This document shows positions 9,976 through 20,469 of a stretch of 64,000 nt of DNA, piece by piece. The notes under the pieces are model-generated. The model saw nothing but the letters and a program-made list of their open reading frames with translations, searched no databases and had not been told where the DNA came from. A program made the translations under genes and the position numbers. Where the stretch lies: the NCBI GenBank assembly GCA_000002445.1, contig CH464491.1:544001-608000 (forward strand), given 5' to 3'. Numbering within the stretch: position 1 is the first letter of the stretch; every line of letters begins with the position of its first letter. Source of the DNA: Trypanosoma brucei. Taxonomy: Eukaryota.

Positions 9976-11529
9976 ATGAGCAGCGCGGTAGATTCCCTGC
10001 TTGTACGCCTCAAGATTCCGGACCTAATCCCAAAGTTTAGGGAGATGAACGTTGATCGCATCATCAGCCTGCGCAAACTAAGTGAGGAGGAGCTTCGGAC
10101 TGCCGTTCCCGATGATGACCAGCGAAACCGAATAATCGAAGCCATTAAGAACCGTGGGAGTAGTGAGAAGAGGACACAGGCCCCGGCTGCAAGCATAAAT
10201 CCACCTCGTTCTACGGATGATGGAGGTCGCGGTGGCATGTCATACCCTCGTGGAGCACCCCGCGGTGGTGGTCCAGTGCGAGGACGAGGTCGCGGCGGGA
10301 CTGGCAGCGCAGGCGAGGGTGGATTTCACGGTAGTGGCAGCAATAACGCTAACATGTTTCCTTCTCGCCAGCGAGTGTGCAACCACTTTCTTAATGGTGA
10401 CTGCAGGTACGGTGACTCCTGCCGTTATAGCCACAACAAGGCACTGTGCCAGGAGGCGGCGGAAAGTGTGCCTCGACGCAACCACGATGCGACATCGTTG
10501 TCTGAGGATTTCAGTGAAACGTGTATTATTCCTACACACCGCATAAAGTATCTACTTGCGAACAGGGCTGATCGCCTTCGGAGTATACACAGCAAGAATC
10601 GCACACACAACAAGTCATTTCAACACATTGACCCCACCATCGAAAAATTCGAGCTCGTAATTTACGGGGCCGACCAGCAATCTGTTCAGGAGAGCAAGAA
10701 AATGATTCTTGCTTGTATTGGTGTGACACGTGAGGAGGAGCAGAAGAATCGTGTGCAGTACACAATGAACGAGTTGAGCAGTAATCAACGCGCGGCTAAA
10801 TTTTTGGCAGCATGCAATATGAAGAACGAGGGGACTGTTCGTGAACTGTCGGAGGCATCACTGAGGAATATCATTTCGTTCTTCCGCTTTGAGAAGCAGC
10901 AGGATATACGTCACTTTTGGGTGAACACCAACAGCGAACACAGTAAGCTGGATATCATCGCCAACATAGTTGCCCAGCTACAGGGAGTACAAGCCATCAT
11001 GTTCTGTGACCAGAAGCGTGTTGTGGATATGAGCAAAGTGGCATCTAAAATCACTCGCTATTTCAACGGTGTCTCCCCCCTGTTTCTCCACCGTGCCATC
11101 CCGAAGGAGGAGCGCATGAAGATGCTCCAAACTTTCAAAGACGGTAAACCTAATGAAAATGGTATTCGAGAACGTCTGCTTGTTACTAATGAAGACTATG
11201 CCAAACTGGCTCGGAAAACAATTGTTCCGTATGTTAATCTTGTCATTAACTACTCAGTCCCACGCTCTGAAGAATACTACCTACTTCAATCTCTTGTGGC
11301 GGGGCGCAGTGACACGGTAGGAGTTTCCATTGTGTGTGTTTTCCCGCACGAGCAGTCCCTATTTCAAGAATTGCAGCGGAACATCCCGTTTGAAGAGCTT
11401 GAGGAGGAAGGGAATTTCAAGGATGCCGCGGTGAAGCTGGTGTACGACACTGTGGACGAACCATTAACAGGTGAGGACGCCGACCCCCCAAGCAACTGGC
11501 ATGAGCAACTGAAGCCCAAGACCCTGTGA
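9976..11529 (+). CDS. ZC3H41: CCCH zinc-finger / RGG-box protein with orphan DEAD-box-helicase C-terminal domain (ZC3H41-like)
   Basis: RGG/RG repeat block (GGRGGMSYPRGAPRGGGPVRGRGRGG) and a CCCH finger CNHFLNGDCRYGDSCRYSH. The C-terminal region (IMFCDQKRVV...RLLVTNEDYAKLARKTIVPYVNLVINYSVPRSEEYYLL) matches the helicase-C (HELICc) motif set. No Walker A/DEAD N-domain is present. Confidence 0.8.
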   Translation: MSSAVDSLLVRLKIPDLIPKFREMNVDRIISLRKLSEEELRTAVPDDDQRNRIIEAIKNRGSSEKRTQAPAASINPPRSTDDGGRGGMSYPRGAPRGGGPVRGRGRGGTGSAGEGGFHGSGSNNANMFPSRQRVCNHFLNGDCRYGDSCRYSHNKALCQEAAESVPRRNHDATSLSEDFSETCIIPTHRIKYLLANRADRLRSIHSKNRTHNKSFQHIDPTIEKFELVIYGADQQSVQESKKMILACIGVTREEEQKNRVQYTMNELSSNQRAAKFLAACNMKNEGTVRELSEASLRNIISFFRFEKQQDIRHFWVNTNSEHSKLDIIANIVAQLQGVQAIMFCDQKRVVDMSKVASKITRYFNGVSPLFLHRAIPKEERMKMLQTFKDGKPNENGIRERLLVTNEDYAKLARKTIVPYVNLVINYSVPRSEEYYLLQSLVAGRSDTVGVSIVCVFPHEQSLFQELQRNIPFEELEEEGNFKDAAVKLVYDTVDEPLTGEDADPPSNWHEQLKPKTL

Positions 11530-12187
11530 AAAGAGTGACGTCGTATGGTCTCTTCTAATCGCAGTTGCCATTTCGTTCTGTCCCAATTGTCCACACCATG
11601 CACTCACCTCCTCTAACTTTAATGCGTGGGTTTCACCCCCTTCTGGGTGACTACGCGGTTGTTGCCACTCCAAAGAGAAAAAAGAGAAGAATAAAAAAGT
11701 GTCTGCATCTTTCTTTCGTGTGTCTTCTGCTTCGGTTCGATAGCCAATCTCATTTTGACAGTCCTCCAGAACACTTGGTTCTGCCGAGTTTGTGAAGTGG
11801 TGATGATGGCTTCGGAGACGTGTGGCAAGGGGAAATGGAGGGAGACATGTGGTATCTTTTCTTCTTTTTGAGTAACCCCTCTTTCAGTTATTTTCCCTTA
11901 CGCATTGACGGTGCTCCTTCTAGCGATGGGGATGTTCTGCCGTGCCGTGTATATCGGGGCACTGTAGAGGAGGGCTGGGTGGCGATTTTGTTGAAGAACG
12001 TTTTATGATTGTGGGGAGGTGTGCTTGTTTACGCGTGTGTGCAGTGGGGGAAACGGAAAGGAAGGGAAATGCTTAGAGCCTCCACCAGGGACATTCAGCC
12101 TCTTTATTATTTACTATAACCACAGAAACAAGGGAGTTACGATAAAATCAACGCGGAGAAAAAATTTATATTGGTGTATCTGCACAC

Positions 12188-12211
12188 ATATATATATATA
12201 TATATATATAT
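12188..12211. repeat. (TA)n microsatellite
   Basis: atatatatatatatatatatatat within the ORF-free gap. Confidence 0.9.
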
Positions 12212-13588
12212 GCACCCTGAAAAGAATGAAAGAAAATTAATTAAATAGCAAGAAGGAAGGAATGAAGGTCATCACTGTCGTATAATTGTTTATACGTGGG
12301 TGCGAGGGGCGCTTCAGGGGAAGGAAGGGAAGAAAAATACACGAACATGTGAGACGGTAGTTGACGCAATAAGGCAAGAAGGTGAAGCACATTGGAAACT
12401 ACAGCGAGAGGTCATGCGGCTGGTGCTCGTATATACGGGACGGGGAAGGGAAAGAAGTGCGTATGTTTCCTTAGGTGTCGTGCCATGGAAACTTGTGGAG
12501 CAGAAGGAAAGAAGTATAAGGGAGGGGGGAGGAACTGTTATCAAGCGTAACGAAAGGATTATCGGAGGTAACTGAAGGTATGAGGTAGATTGAAGCCCAC
12601 AAACGAGCTTACTGAGCAGAGAGGAATCAAGTGGAGTAGGAAAGGAAGACGGACATGTATTATTCAGATAAATCCGAGGGGCTCGGTGTGGGATGCGTTG
12701 TGCTGGGACGAGCAAGAGATTTAGGTGGCTCGAACTTAGTGTTGACAAGCGAAGGCAGCACGTAATCTCGTGCGTGTGTGTGTTATGCGGTACAGGGGGG
12801 AAGGCATGTATAGGAAAACTCTCTAGTCCACTTGAAGAGGAGACGGTTAACAGAGTACGAGGGTGTTCCGCAGATGGTGGTGGCAGCAATACCCGAAAAA
12901 ACTTTACACGTATGAATCTGCCGCGGCTGGTGTCTTTGGGGAATTGAACACACGTCTCCTTCGTGTTCTCTGCCACTCATTCATCTATGCAGGCACGGGT
13001 AATCGGGGGGAAGGTGTGCTTCGCTCTGCAAGCCGTGATTTTTTCTTCCACTTCTTGCTAATTACTTCTTTCATTGCTGTTTTCGTTGTTTTAAGCCCGA
13101 CATTTCCTCCCTCCTGGATCCGAAGAGAAAAAAAAATTCCCCAGTAAATGCGGGTCCGAGCAGCGGAGCTTCCTGCCTTCCCTGTGAGTAAATGGCGAGG
13201 TGGTCGTACACGCGGAGATGGAACTAGAAAGTGGGTGTGACGAGAAAGGGAATGTTATAGCGGGATGCTGTGAGTTTTACATGCGCAAGGAAATGAGCTG
13301 AATGACGACCTTGCGAATCAGCAAACAGAAACGGAAGGCAGCGAGTGAGGATTGAAGTGAACTCCTGTTTGGCTGTTGTTTGCGTGTGGTTAATGTACGA
13401 GGGCCCCTTCCTTTTTTTTTAAACATCTGTTGAGGGTTCCGCTGCTGTTGCCGATTGCTTTTCCTTTCTTTGCCTCCAGCTCACCACTTCCGAGGCAGTT
13501 CTTTTGGTGTCAGACCCTTCCCGCTCAGTGGCCCCATCTCCGTAGCTCACTGCAGTACTCGTTTGCACGCGTTGCTGCGGTTGATCTC

Positions 13589-13603
13589 ATATATATATAT
13601 ATA
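13589..13603. repeat. (AT)n microsatellite
   Basis: atatatatatatata. Confidence 0.85.
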
Positions 13604-13840
13604 CTTTTTAAAACCTTTTTTGTATTCCCTACTATTTCTTTCGCCTTCTGGGCCCCACAAGGAGTACATGCGCCGCCGGGGTAACGAGCTCAAGTAACCA
13701 AAAGCAACACACCAGGGAACGAAGGTGTATGCGGGAGGGGACGCCTTGTCGGTGTGACCCTCCCCACAGTTCCCCTTTCTTTTGTGATGTCTTTCCACTT
13801 GCCTTTGGTGCTCTTGATGGGAGATTGGAAAGTACCTAAA

Positions 13841-13927
13841 GTCGCTCTTCTCTCTTTTGTGAATGATCTGTCTTTACTTTTCTCACATACGTATTTTTTT
13901 TTACGTGGCCTTTTGGCATTTATTGTG
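13841..13927 (+). promoter_or_regulatory. Polypyrimidine tract (trans-splicing / polyadenylation signal) upstream of ArgRS
   Basis: An ~85 nt C/T-rich run ending ~165 nt upstream of the ATG at 14094. This is the typical kinetoplastid SL-addition signal. Confidence 0.6.
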
Positions 13928-14093
13928 TGAGCGGGTGCCAAGTGAAGAGCAATCTTTCTCGGAACCAATCACCGTCATTGTCATCGAAGCCTGCTGAGCG
14001 TGTAAACAATATCTAAAGGAAGAGGGATATCAGACTACTAAGGTTAACTTTTTGTACAAGTGAGGACCGCCCTGCGGCAGTAAGGTAGTTGCC

Positions 14094-16172
14094 ATGGCGA
14101 AATATATCGCAGGGCCAAATGTCGAGCTATCGCTAAAGGAAATTGTGCACAGGGCCATTAAGAGGGCCTTTCCGTCTATAAACCCACCCGAGATTCTTAT
14201 TACTCTGGGCAAGACGACAGAATATCAATGCAACAACGCTATGGGTCTTGTCAAGCTTCTCTCTTCCGCTTCGCCGCCGATAAAGACAAGCCCGGCACTG
14301 GTTGGAGAGGAGCTCAAGAAGAATCTTGAAGAAAATGACATGATTGAATCCTTTGAGCCCACACCACAGGGTTTCATCAACATCACCATCAAACCAATGT
14401 GGGTTGCCGGTACCGTGGGGAAGGTGCTCCGGGAGGGAATTCGTCCACCGAACCTCCCCAAACAAAAGGTGCTTGTGGACTTTTCTTCGCCGAATATTGC
14501 CAAGGAGATGCACGTTGGCCACCTCCGTTCCACAATAATCGGTGAGGCCATTTGTCGCCTGTTTGAATTTTGCCAGTATGAGGTTCATCGCATCAACCAT
14601 ATTGGTGATTGGGGAACTGCGTTCGGGATGTTGATCTTATTCTTGAGGCGTAAGCACCCCAATTTCACTGAGGAGGTGCCAAACATTTCAGATCTAACTA
14701 CGTTTTACCGTGAGGCCAAGAAGTGCTTCGATGAGGACGCCGAATTCAAAGAACAGGCACGACTGCAAGTCGTGAAGCTGCAAGCCCTGGAAGAGGAATC
14801 CATGAAGGCATGGAAAATTATCTGCGATATTTCTCGAAAGGAGTTTCTTCAGATTTATGAGCGTCTTAACGTTACCATAGAAGAGCGGGGTGAGAGCTTC
14901 TACAACCCACTCATTCCTGAAGTGTTGAAACTGTTGGATGAGGCCGGCAAACTCGTGGAGAGCAATGGTGCGAAAATTACCGTTCTCTCTGACAAAAAGT
15001 CGATATCTGCACTGGACGCAAAGGACATGGCGAAGTTGGCCGCTCCGCACTTGTTGTGGGCCGGTAAGGACACTCGTGTCGAGTTCCACCCCAATATGAT
15101 TACAGCCATGCGTGAAGTCGGGGTTCTAAAGGGTGAAGAGGGTAATGAAACCGTTGCTTTATCTAAGAAAGATGCAAAACCCCTGAAAAACTTCGACATT
15201 CGTACAGACGTGGACAAACTAGTATCGCTTTTACAGCCACTCTTCAAGAATAAAATGTCTCCTCTTTTCCGCGAGGTTTTTGAGGCTGCGGGTATCGTTG
15301 ATGGGGAGAACATTACCATCCCCCGCTTCAGCTTCCCACTCATGATTGTGAAAAGCGACGGCGGTTACACGTATGACACAACCGATGTTGCGACTATGTA
15401 TCATCGATTTGTCTTGGAGAAGATGGACCGTGTGGTTTACTGCACGGATGTTGGGCAGTACGAGCATCTGCGCATGTGTGCCGATTTGGCGAAGGATATG
15501 GGGTGGATGGACAGAGGCACCTGGAGCCATGCTGGCTTTGGGTTGGTAACAGGAGCGGACGGAAAGAAGATCAAAACTCGCAGTGGAGAATCCGCGAAAC
15601 TAAAGGACTTGCTCGATGAGGCCGTCGAGCGGTCACGCGCTATTCTTGAAGAACGCGAGAAGGGTGACCGTGCTCAAGGCCACACAAAGGAGGACATTGA
15701 TGAACTATCGAAAAAAATCGGAATCGGTGCAGTGAAGTACTTCGACCTGAAACAGAGTCGGCTCAACGACTACGCTTTCAGCTACGAAAAGATGCTGGAC
15801 TTATCGGGCAACACGGCTGTCTTCCTTTTGTATCAGTATGCGCGTCTTTGCTCAATTGAGCGTAAGTGTGGCGTTGATAGGGAACAATTCCTGAGTTCTG
15901 AGGTTGTTATTGAAACTCCGCAAGAGAAGAAACTGGCCCTCTGTGTACTGCGCATGGATTCTGTCGTGATCAGGACAGTTGACGACCTTCTTCTGCACCA
16001 TCTAACTGATTTCGCCTACGAGCTGGTGTCGTGCTTCTCTGACTTCTTCCAGAATTGTAAGGTGATTGGGCATGAGCAGCAGAATAGCCGGCTTTGCCTT
16101 GTGGAGCTTACCCGCTTGACGCTGAAGCAAGTGCTTGATATCCTTAACATAGACGTCGCCGAGAAGATTTGA
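14094..16172 (+). CDS. Arginyl-tRNA synthetase (class I)
   Basis: HIGH-type motif PNIAKEMHVGHLRSTIIGEAICR. ArgRS catalytic-core and C-terminal DALR anticodon-binding regions are present (...FSYEKMLDLSGNTAVFLLYQYARLCSI...). 692 aa, typical for eukaryotic ArgRS. Confidence 0.9.
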   Translation: MAKYIAGPNVELSLKEIVHRAIKRAFPSINPPEILITLGKTTEYQCNNAMGLVKLLSSASPPIKTSPALVGEELKKNLEENDMIESFEPTPQGFINITIKPMWVAGTVGKVLREGIRPPNLPKQKVLVDFSSPNIAKEMHVGHLRSTIIGEAICRLFEFCQYEVHRINHIGDWGTAFGMLILFLRRKHPNFTEEVPNISDLTTFYREAKKCFDEDAEFKEQARLQVVKLQALEEESMKAWKIICDISRKEFLQIYERLNVTIEERGESFYNPLIPEVLKLLDEAGKLVESNGAKITVLSDKKSISALDAKDMAKLAAPHLLWAGKDTRVEFHPNMITAMREVGVLKGEEGNETVALSKKDAKPLKNFDIRTDVDKLVSLLQPLFKNKMSPLFREVFEAAGIVDGENITIPRFSFPLMIVKSDGGYTYDTTDVATMYHRFVLEKMDRVVYCTDVGQYEHLRMCADLAKDMGWMDRGTWSHAGFGLVTGADGKKIKTRSGESAKLKDLLDEAVERSRAILEEREKGDRAQGHTKEDIDELSKKIGIGAVKYFDLKQSRLNDYAFSYEKMLDLSGNTAVFLLYQYARLCSIERKCGVDREQFLSSEVVIETPQEKKLALCVLRMDSVVIRTVDDLLLHHLTDFAYELVSCFSDFFQNCKVIGHEQQNSRLCLVELTRLTLKQVLDILNIDVAEKI

Positions 16173-16605
16173 GAGAGCCGTTTGGGAAACGTTGCAACTA
16201 CCGCAATATCGTCGGACCAGAAACTGAATGCATAACCGCGCTCACAAGCATAATCTCTTGTAACAAGCGCGTTGGGTGCGATGATGCGTACGGACGGGAG
16301 TGTGGCAGCGATGTTGTTGAGATGGAGTAAGGCAACGTGGCGCTTTCCACTCGTTGGGTGCTTTCCCATGCGGTTGAAGCTTGATCTGACTCTCAGGGGG
16401 TTTGGCTGAAGAGCATGCAGATTCGGGTGAAAGCAAATGTTCGAGTGGGAGTGTGTAATAAAATAATGCTACAGAACCTAAGCTTCAGTAGATCTTTGAT
16501 AAGTATTTTCCTCCCCTTCCCGTAGCTGATCCGCAGTGCCTTGAGGGCGCAAGCAAGAGGTGTGTGACGTGTGAATAGTCTAGTTTCTCCCAAGGAAAGG
16601 TTGGG

Positions 16606-16617
16606 TGGGGGGGGGAG
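16606..16617. repeat. Poly-G homopolymer tract (G11-12)
   Basis: gggtgggggggggg in the intergenic region. Similar G-runs occur at ~37974-37982 and ~63411-63424. Confidence 0.8.
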
Positions 16618-16813
16618 TTAATGATTTTCCACGATTTAATCTTCCAGAAGCTGCTGATGATACGGAGGCTCGTGAGTTGTGAGCGATCTTAGTGTCATAA
16701 CATGGATTGCGTGTATATCTGTGCGTTGAAGAGATCTGTATCATTTTATTGGACATTAGGTCTTTTTTACTCTTGTCTACACGGTCTTATTTTTATTTTG
16801 AAGTGTTTCACAC

Positions 16814-18466
16814 ATGGCGCAGAGCTGGTTCAAGCGACATCCTCTTGGTATCTATCCGCGTGGTAATGCGAAGAATTTAGATGAGTTGGTCTCCCCGAGG
16901 TTCGGTATTCTCTCAACCCTCCAGTTTGCCAGCAAGGGTCGTGCTGGTAAATGTTGTATTCTTGGATCACAACCAGCAGAAGAGGCGTTTGTTGACGTGA
17001 TGCTCCACCTTCTTTCATTCGTCGCTGTGGATGATATGTGCAGGTTATCGGCTGTATGCACGGGGTGGTATTGCTTTATTCATGCATCAGATGCGTTCAA
17101 ACAGGCCCATGGGTTGCTTTCACCTACGTATACGTGCTTCGAAGGCAGCTGGAAGGAAACAGCCATTCGTCGCTTTATCAAATTACGCTCCAAGCAAAGG
17201 TTAAATACGGCAAAGCGGATGCGTCTGGAGGGTGGTACACCTGGGGTTGGGGAAACTGTGAACTTGTCCCATCGTCCGGTGATGGTGAAGCGCGCCTTTT
17301 ACAATGATCAGTTGTTTCAGGCATGGATGTGCACCATTCTTCCCTGCCACTACCATCTCCGACAATCAAGTATTGCCGGCACCGCAACTGCAAATCGGCA
17401 GCCAAGTGTATTGTCGGCTCGGGGTCGATATCGTAGTCCACTCAAGGAAGTTCCGCGGTGCAGCGGCTTGTCAGTAGACGAGTTCCGCACTCGATTCGAG
17501 GAGACTAATTTACCGGTTATTATAGCAGACGTGGCCACTGAATGGCCTATTTACAAAATATTGCAGGAGAAGTTTGAAAACCTTGCTGTAATGCAGAAAA
17601 AGCTCTTTCGCCCCGGCACGCGTCCTGACGTCCCAATGTGCTGCGAACACACAACCATGAGTGTCGCTGATTATGTTCGGTACGCTCGGGACCAGACCGA
17701 CGAGCGTCCTATCTACCTCTTTGACTCAGAGTTTGGTACTTTTATGGATGTAGAGTCGCTGTACACTGTTCCCGAGTATTTTAGCCGTGATGATTTTTTC
17801 AAGGTTCTTGGTGGTGCGCGGCCCAAGTACCGTTGGATAATTGCCGGACCACGCCGTGGTGGAAGCAGTTTTCATGTGGATCCCAACTATACCAGCGCTT
17901 GGAATGCTAACTTGACAGGGCTAAAGCGGTGGATTCTGCTTCCACCTGGTCACACCCCCGCAGGGGTGTTCCCCAGTGAAGACATGTCGGAGGTTGTAAC
18001 CCCCGTTTCTTTGACGGAGTGGTTGCTGAATCATTACGATGCCACAGTGGAGAAGTGGCGTGACGTTGCGTACGAGTGCGTATGTGGACCAGGGGATATT
18101 ATGTTCATTCCTTGTGGATGGTGGCACTTTGTTATTAACCTGGAGGACTCGGTTGCAATAACACAAAATTATGTGTCAAAGTGCAACCTCTCGAGTGTAC
18201 TGAAGTTTCTCTCTGTCATGAAGTCTTCTATCAGCGGGATTGATGAGGATGTGGACAATTGCGACACGAGCCGAATGGTAGAGACGCGCCGCGCTAACTT
18301 CGCTGAAGAATTTGCCGCGGCGATGCACTTGTCGTACCCCGAGTTGATGCAGACTGTTGCTGGCGAGGCTAAACGTGAGGCAGAGGAACGACATGAGAAA
18401 AAGAAGATGCGAGCTGCTCTTCCGTTGTTGGATGTTGGTAGCAACGGCTTTGCGTTCAGCTTCTGA
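16814..18466 (+). CDS. F-box / JmjC-domain protein (JMJD6-like 2-oxoglutarate/Fe(II) oxygenase)
   Basis: N-terminal F-box-like motif MLHLLSFVAVDDMCRLSAVCTGWY. The JmjC core HVDPNYTSAWNANLTGLKRWILLPPGH ... GDIMFIPCGWWHFVINLEDSVAITQNY closely matches JMJD6 ([20 protein letters not shown] ... [20 protein letters not shown]). Confidence 0.85.
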   Translation: MAQSWFKRHPLGIYPRGNAKNLDELVSPRFGILSTLQFASKGRAGKCCILGSQPAEEAFVDVMLHLLSFVAVDDMCRLSAVCTGWYCFIHASDAFKQAHGLLSPTYTCFEGSWKETAIRRFIKLRSKQRLNTAKRMRLEGGTPGVGETVNLSHRPVMVKRAFYNDQLFQAWMCTILPCHYHLRQSSIAGTATANRQPSVLSARGRYRSPLKEVPRCSGLSVDEFRTRFEETNLPVIIADVATEWPIYKILQEKFENLAVMQKKLFRPGTRPDVPMCCEHTTMSVADYVRYARDQTDERPIYLFDSEFGTFMDVESLYTVPEYFSRDDFFKVLGGARPKYRWIIAGPRRGGSSFHVDPNYTSAWNANLTGLKRWILLPPGHTPAGVFPSEDMSEVVTPVSLTEWLLNHYDATVEKWRDVAYECVCGPGDIMFIPCGWWHFVINLEDSVAITQNYVSKCNLSSVLKFLSVMKSSISGIDEDVDNCDTSRMVETRRANFAEEFAAAMHLSYPELMQTVAGEAKREAEERHEKKKMRAALPLLDVGSNGFAFSF

Positions 18467-18719
18467 TCAGTCTTACTTCACGTTTTTTTAATCTATGTTA
18501 AACAGTTAAGAGTACTAAGGTCATGATGTGTGAGGGAGGTTGGTGGGTATATACGTACCGTGGGTAGGGTGTGTTACCTCTGAACTTGTGTACGGTGTGT
18601 GAAAGCACCTTGATTTTTTTTTCTACTTTGAGTTTCGCCCCCTTTTTTTATTATGCGTGCATATTTATCGTTTATCACACGGATCTGGGGGTTGCCATAG
18701 GCGTGAATTTCCCTTGTAC

Positions 18720-20027
18720 ATGGGTCTTTTAACGAGGTATTATGAGAAACTGGCCGAGCAAGGTCGTTTGGAGCAACTGATCGTTTTTGGGATGTACGAC
18801 GAACGGGTGTATGAGGTTATCGACCGTCATAAACTGGCGGGGAGTATTACTGCGTTGCTTCCATCGTCTCAAGCAGCCGCGTTTCTCTCTCGAGGGATGG
18901 CATACGACTGTGTCAATGAAGAGGTGCTGAGAAATTTCATTAAGATATGCATGATGTTGTCCACCTACAAGACTGTCGAAGAGGGGGCGAGTCTTGCGGA
19001 GCTTATAGGGAGTTGTGGTGTGCCTGAACACTATCGAATGAGTTTGTTTAACTTTAGTGAGACGTACAGACACATGATATTATCCAAGTCGTACTTTCCT
19101 CAACGGGCCGTGTTGAAGCTTCTGTCGTACATTTTTTGTGATGATGTACTTACTGACGCGGTGGCGCAGTTGCAGTACAAATCAGATATATTGAACCACG
19201 TGAATAAAGTTTATGTCGATACCCCAGATTTCATCTCGTGGCGCTTCTCTGTGCGGGTTTTATCGTTGGCAGGGGGCTACAACGAGGACCGTAGTGATGT
19301 GGAATACACTGACGCATTGACCCGTTTGGTCACTCGTACTATCCCCGAGTTCATTGTCTACTTCGGTGCAACATTTATGTACGCTATGATACGCCACTAC
19401 CCCCGGCGTGTGCGTGGAATCACACCGCGATGGCTTGCCAGGCAGCGCGCCGTCTTTTCGGCCGCGTACTGCGCCTTTCTTGGGGTGTTTGTCAACTCCA
19501 TCTTAGAGTATCGTGTTCACAAACATCGTATGCTGTATGAGCTACGCAAAAGCCAAGAATGCCGTCGCCGCCGTGGCGCTGAGAAACGCGGCGTCGATTA
19601 CACTCCCAATACGTATTTTGACAGTCTTGAGGGTGTCACTCGCCACATTTACTCCATGCAGTTGACAACGTATGGTGCGTCCGCGTCGATGTTACTCCTT
19701 TCACTCGTTCCACTAGTGCCTGTGAAGTTCCCCAAGTGGATGGGTGACGTGGCATGGCGTCACCCATTTGTTCCACGACTGTTTCCGGCCATCCTTGGGA
19801 TGCACGCTGCATCGCGTTGCATGGTTCCGTTCGTGTTTGCCCCTTTCACTATTATGACAGCTCTGCGTTTCAATGGGTGGTCCACCACATTGTATGACCG
19901 TTACGTGGAGTTGCGAATGCGGCTCTGGCACAGGAAGGTGGAAGCTGTTTTTGACACATCAACAGATGTTACCGATCTTGACGTTACAAGGGAGTCGAAA
20001 AAGAAGGGAGGGCTGGCCGGAAACTGA
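18720..20027 (+). CDS. Hypothetical membrane protein
   Basis: The ORF carries several hydrophobic segments. Track start 18657 is GTG; the first ATG is at 18720, downstream of polypyrimidine tract 18612-18650. Confidence 0.5.
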   Translation: MGLLTRYYEKLAEQGRLEQLIVFGMYDERVYEVIDRHKLAGSITALLPSSQAAAFLSRGMAYDCVNEEVLRNFIKICMMLSTYKTVEEGASLAELIGSCGVPEHYRMSLFNFSETYRHMILSKSYFPQRAVLKLLSYIFCDDVLTDAVAQLQYKSDILNHVNKVYVDTPDFISWRFSVRVLSLAGGYNEDRSDVEYTDALTRLVTRTIPEFIVYFGATFMYAMIRHYPRRVRGITPRWLARQRAVFSAAYCAFLGVFVNSILEYRVHKHRMLYELRKSQECRRRRGAEKRGVDYTPNTYFDSLEGVTRHIYSMQLTTYGASASMLLLSLVPLVPVKFPKWMGDVAWRHPFVPRLFPAILGMHAASRCMVPFVFAPFTIMTALRFNGWSTTLYDRYVELRMRLWHRKVEAVFDTSTDVTDLDVTRESKKKGGLAGN

Positions 20028-20469
20028 TCCTGCTTGCCTTAAGGCGCAAACCCCCTGGTCGTTGTGTGCGTGCGCGTCTTTGTGTGAGTTGTAGGGATGT
20101 ATGAGACGAAAAGTAAAAAAGAATAAGAGGGGCTGAGGTGGGTGTGACAGTTTGTGTGTGTGTTACTATATTTACATGTGGTTTAATTCTATCGGAATTT
20201 TGCGTGCCGCCGGGGCATATCTGTTCTTTGAAGGACTTTCGGCATTTGTTGCGTGCAACGGTACCGCTGTTCACGTGGGGATTTTCTTTCTACTGCACCT
20301 CGTTGTGGAGAAGTGAAAGCGAGCACTGTGTGTGTGTGTGTGCATTAACCTTCACTCTTACTCGCTATTTTACATTATTTGTGCTCATTTGAATACATTT
20401 TTTTTTTTCGCTTCAACCGAGCGACAAGCATCACTCACTCCGCGAGGAAAGTTTTGCAGCGCGTGGATA

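Noticed and set aside
12314-12976. 220-aa minus-strand ORF in the long intergenic gap
   Set aside because: Low-complexity, proline/serine-rich translation. It lies opposite to the transcription unit and has no recognisable domain. It is most likely a chance ORF in GA/CT-rich spacer.
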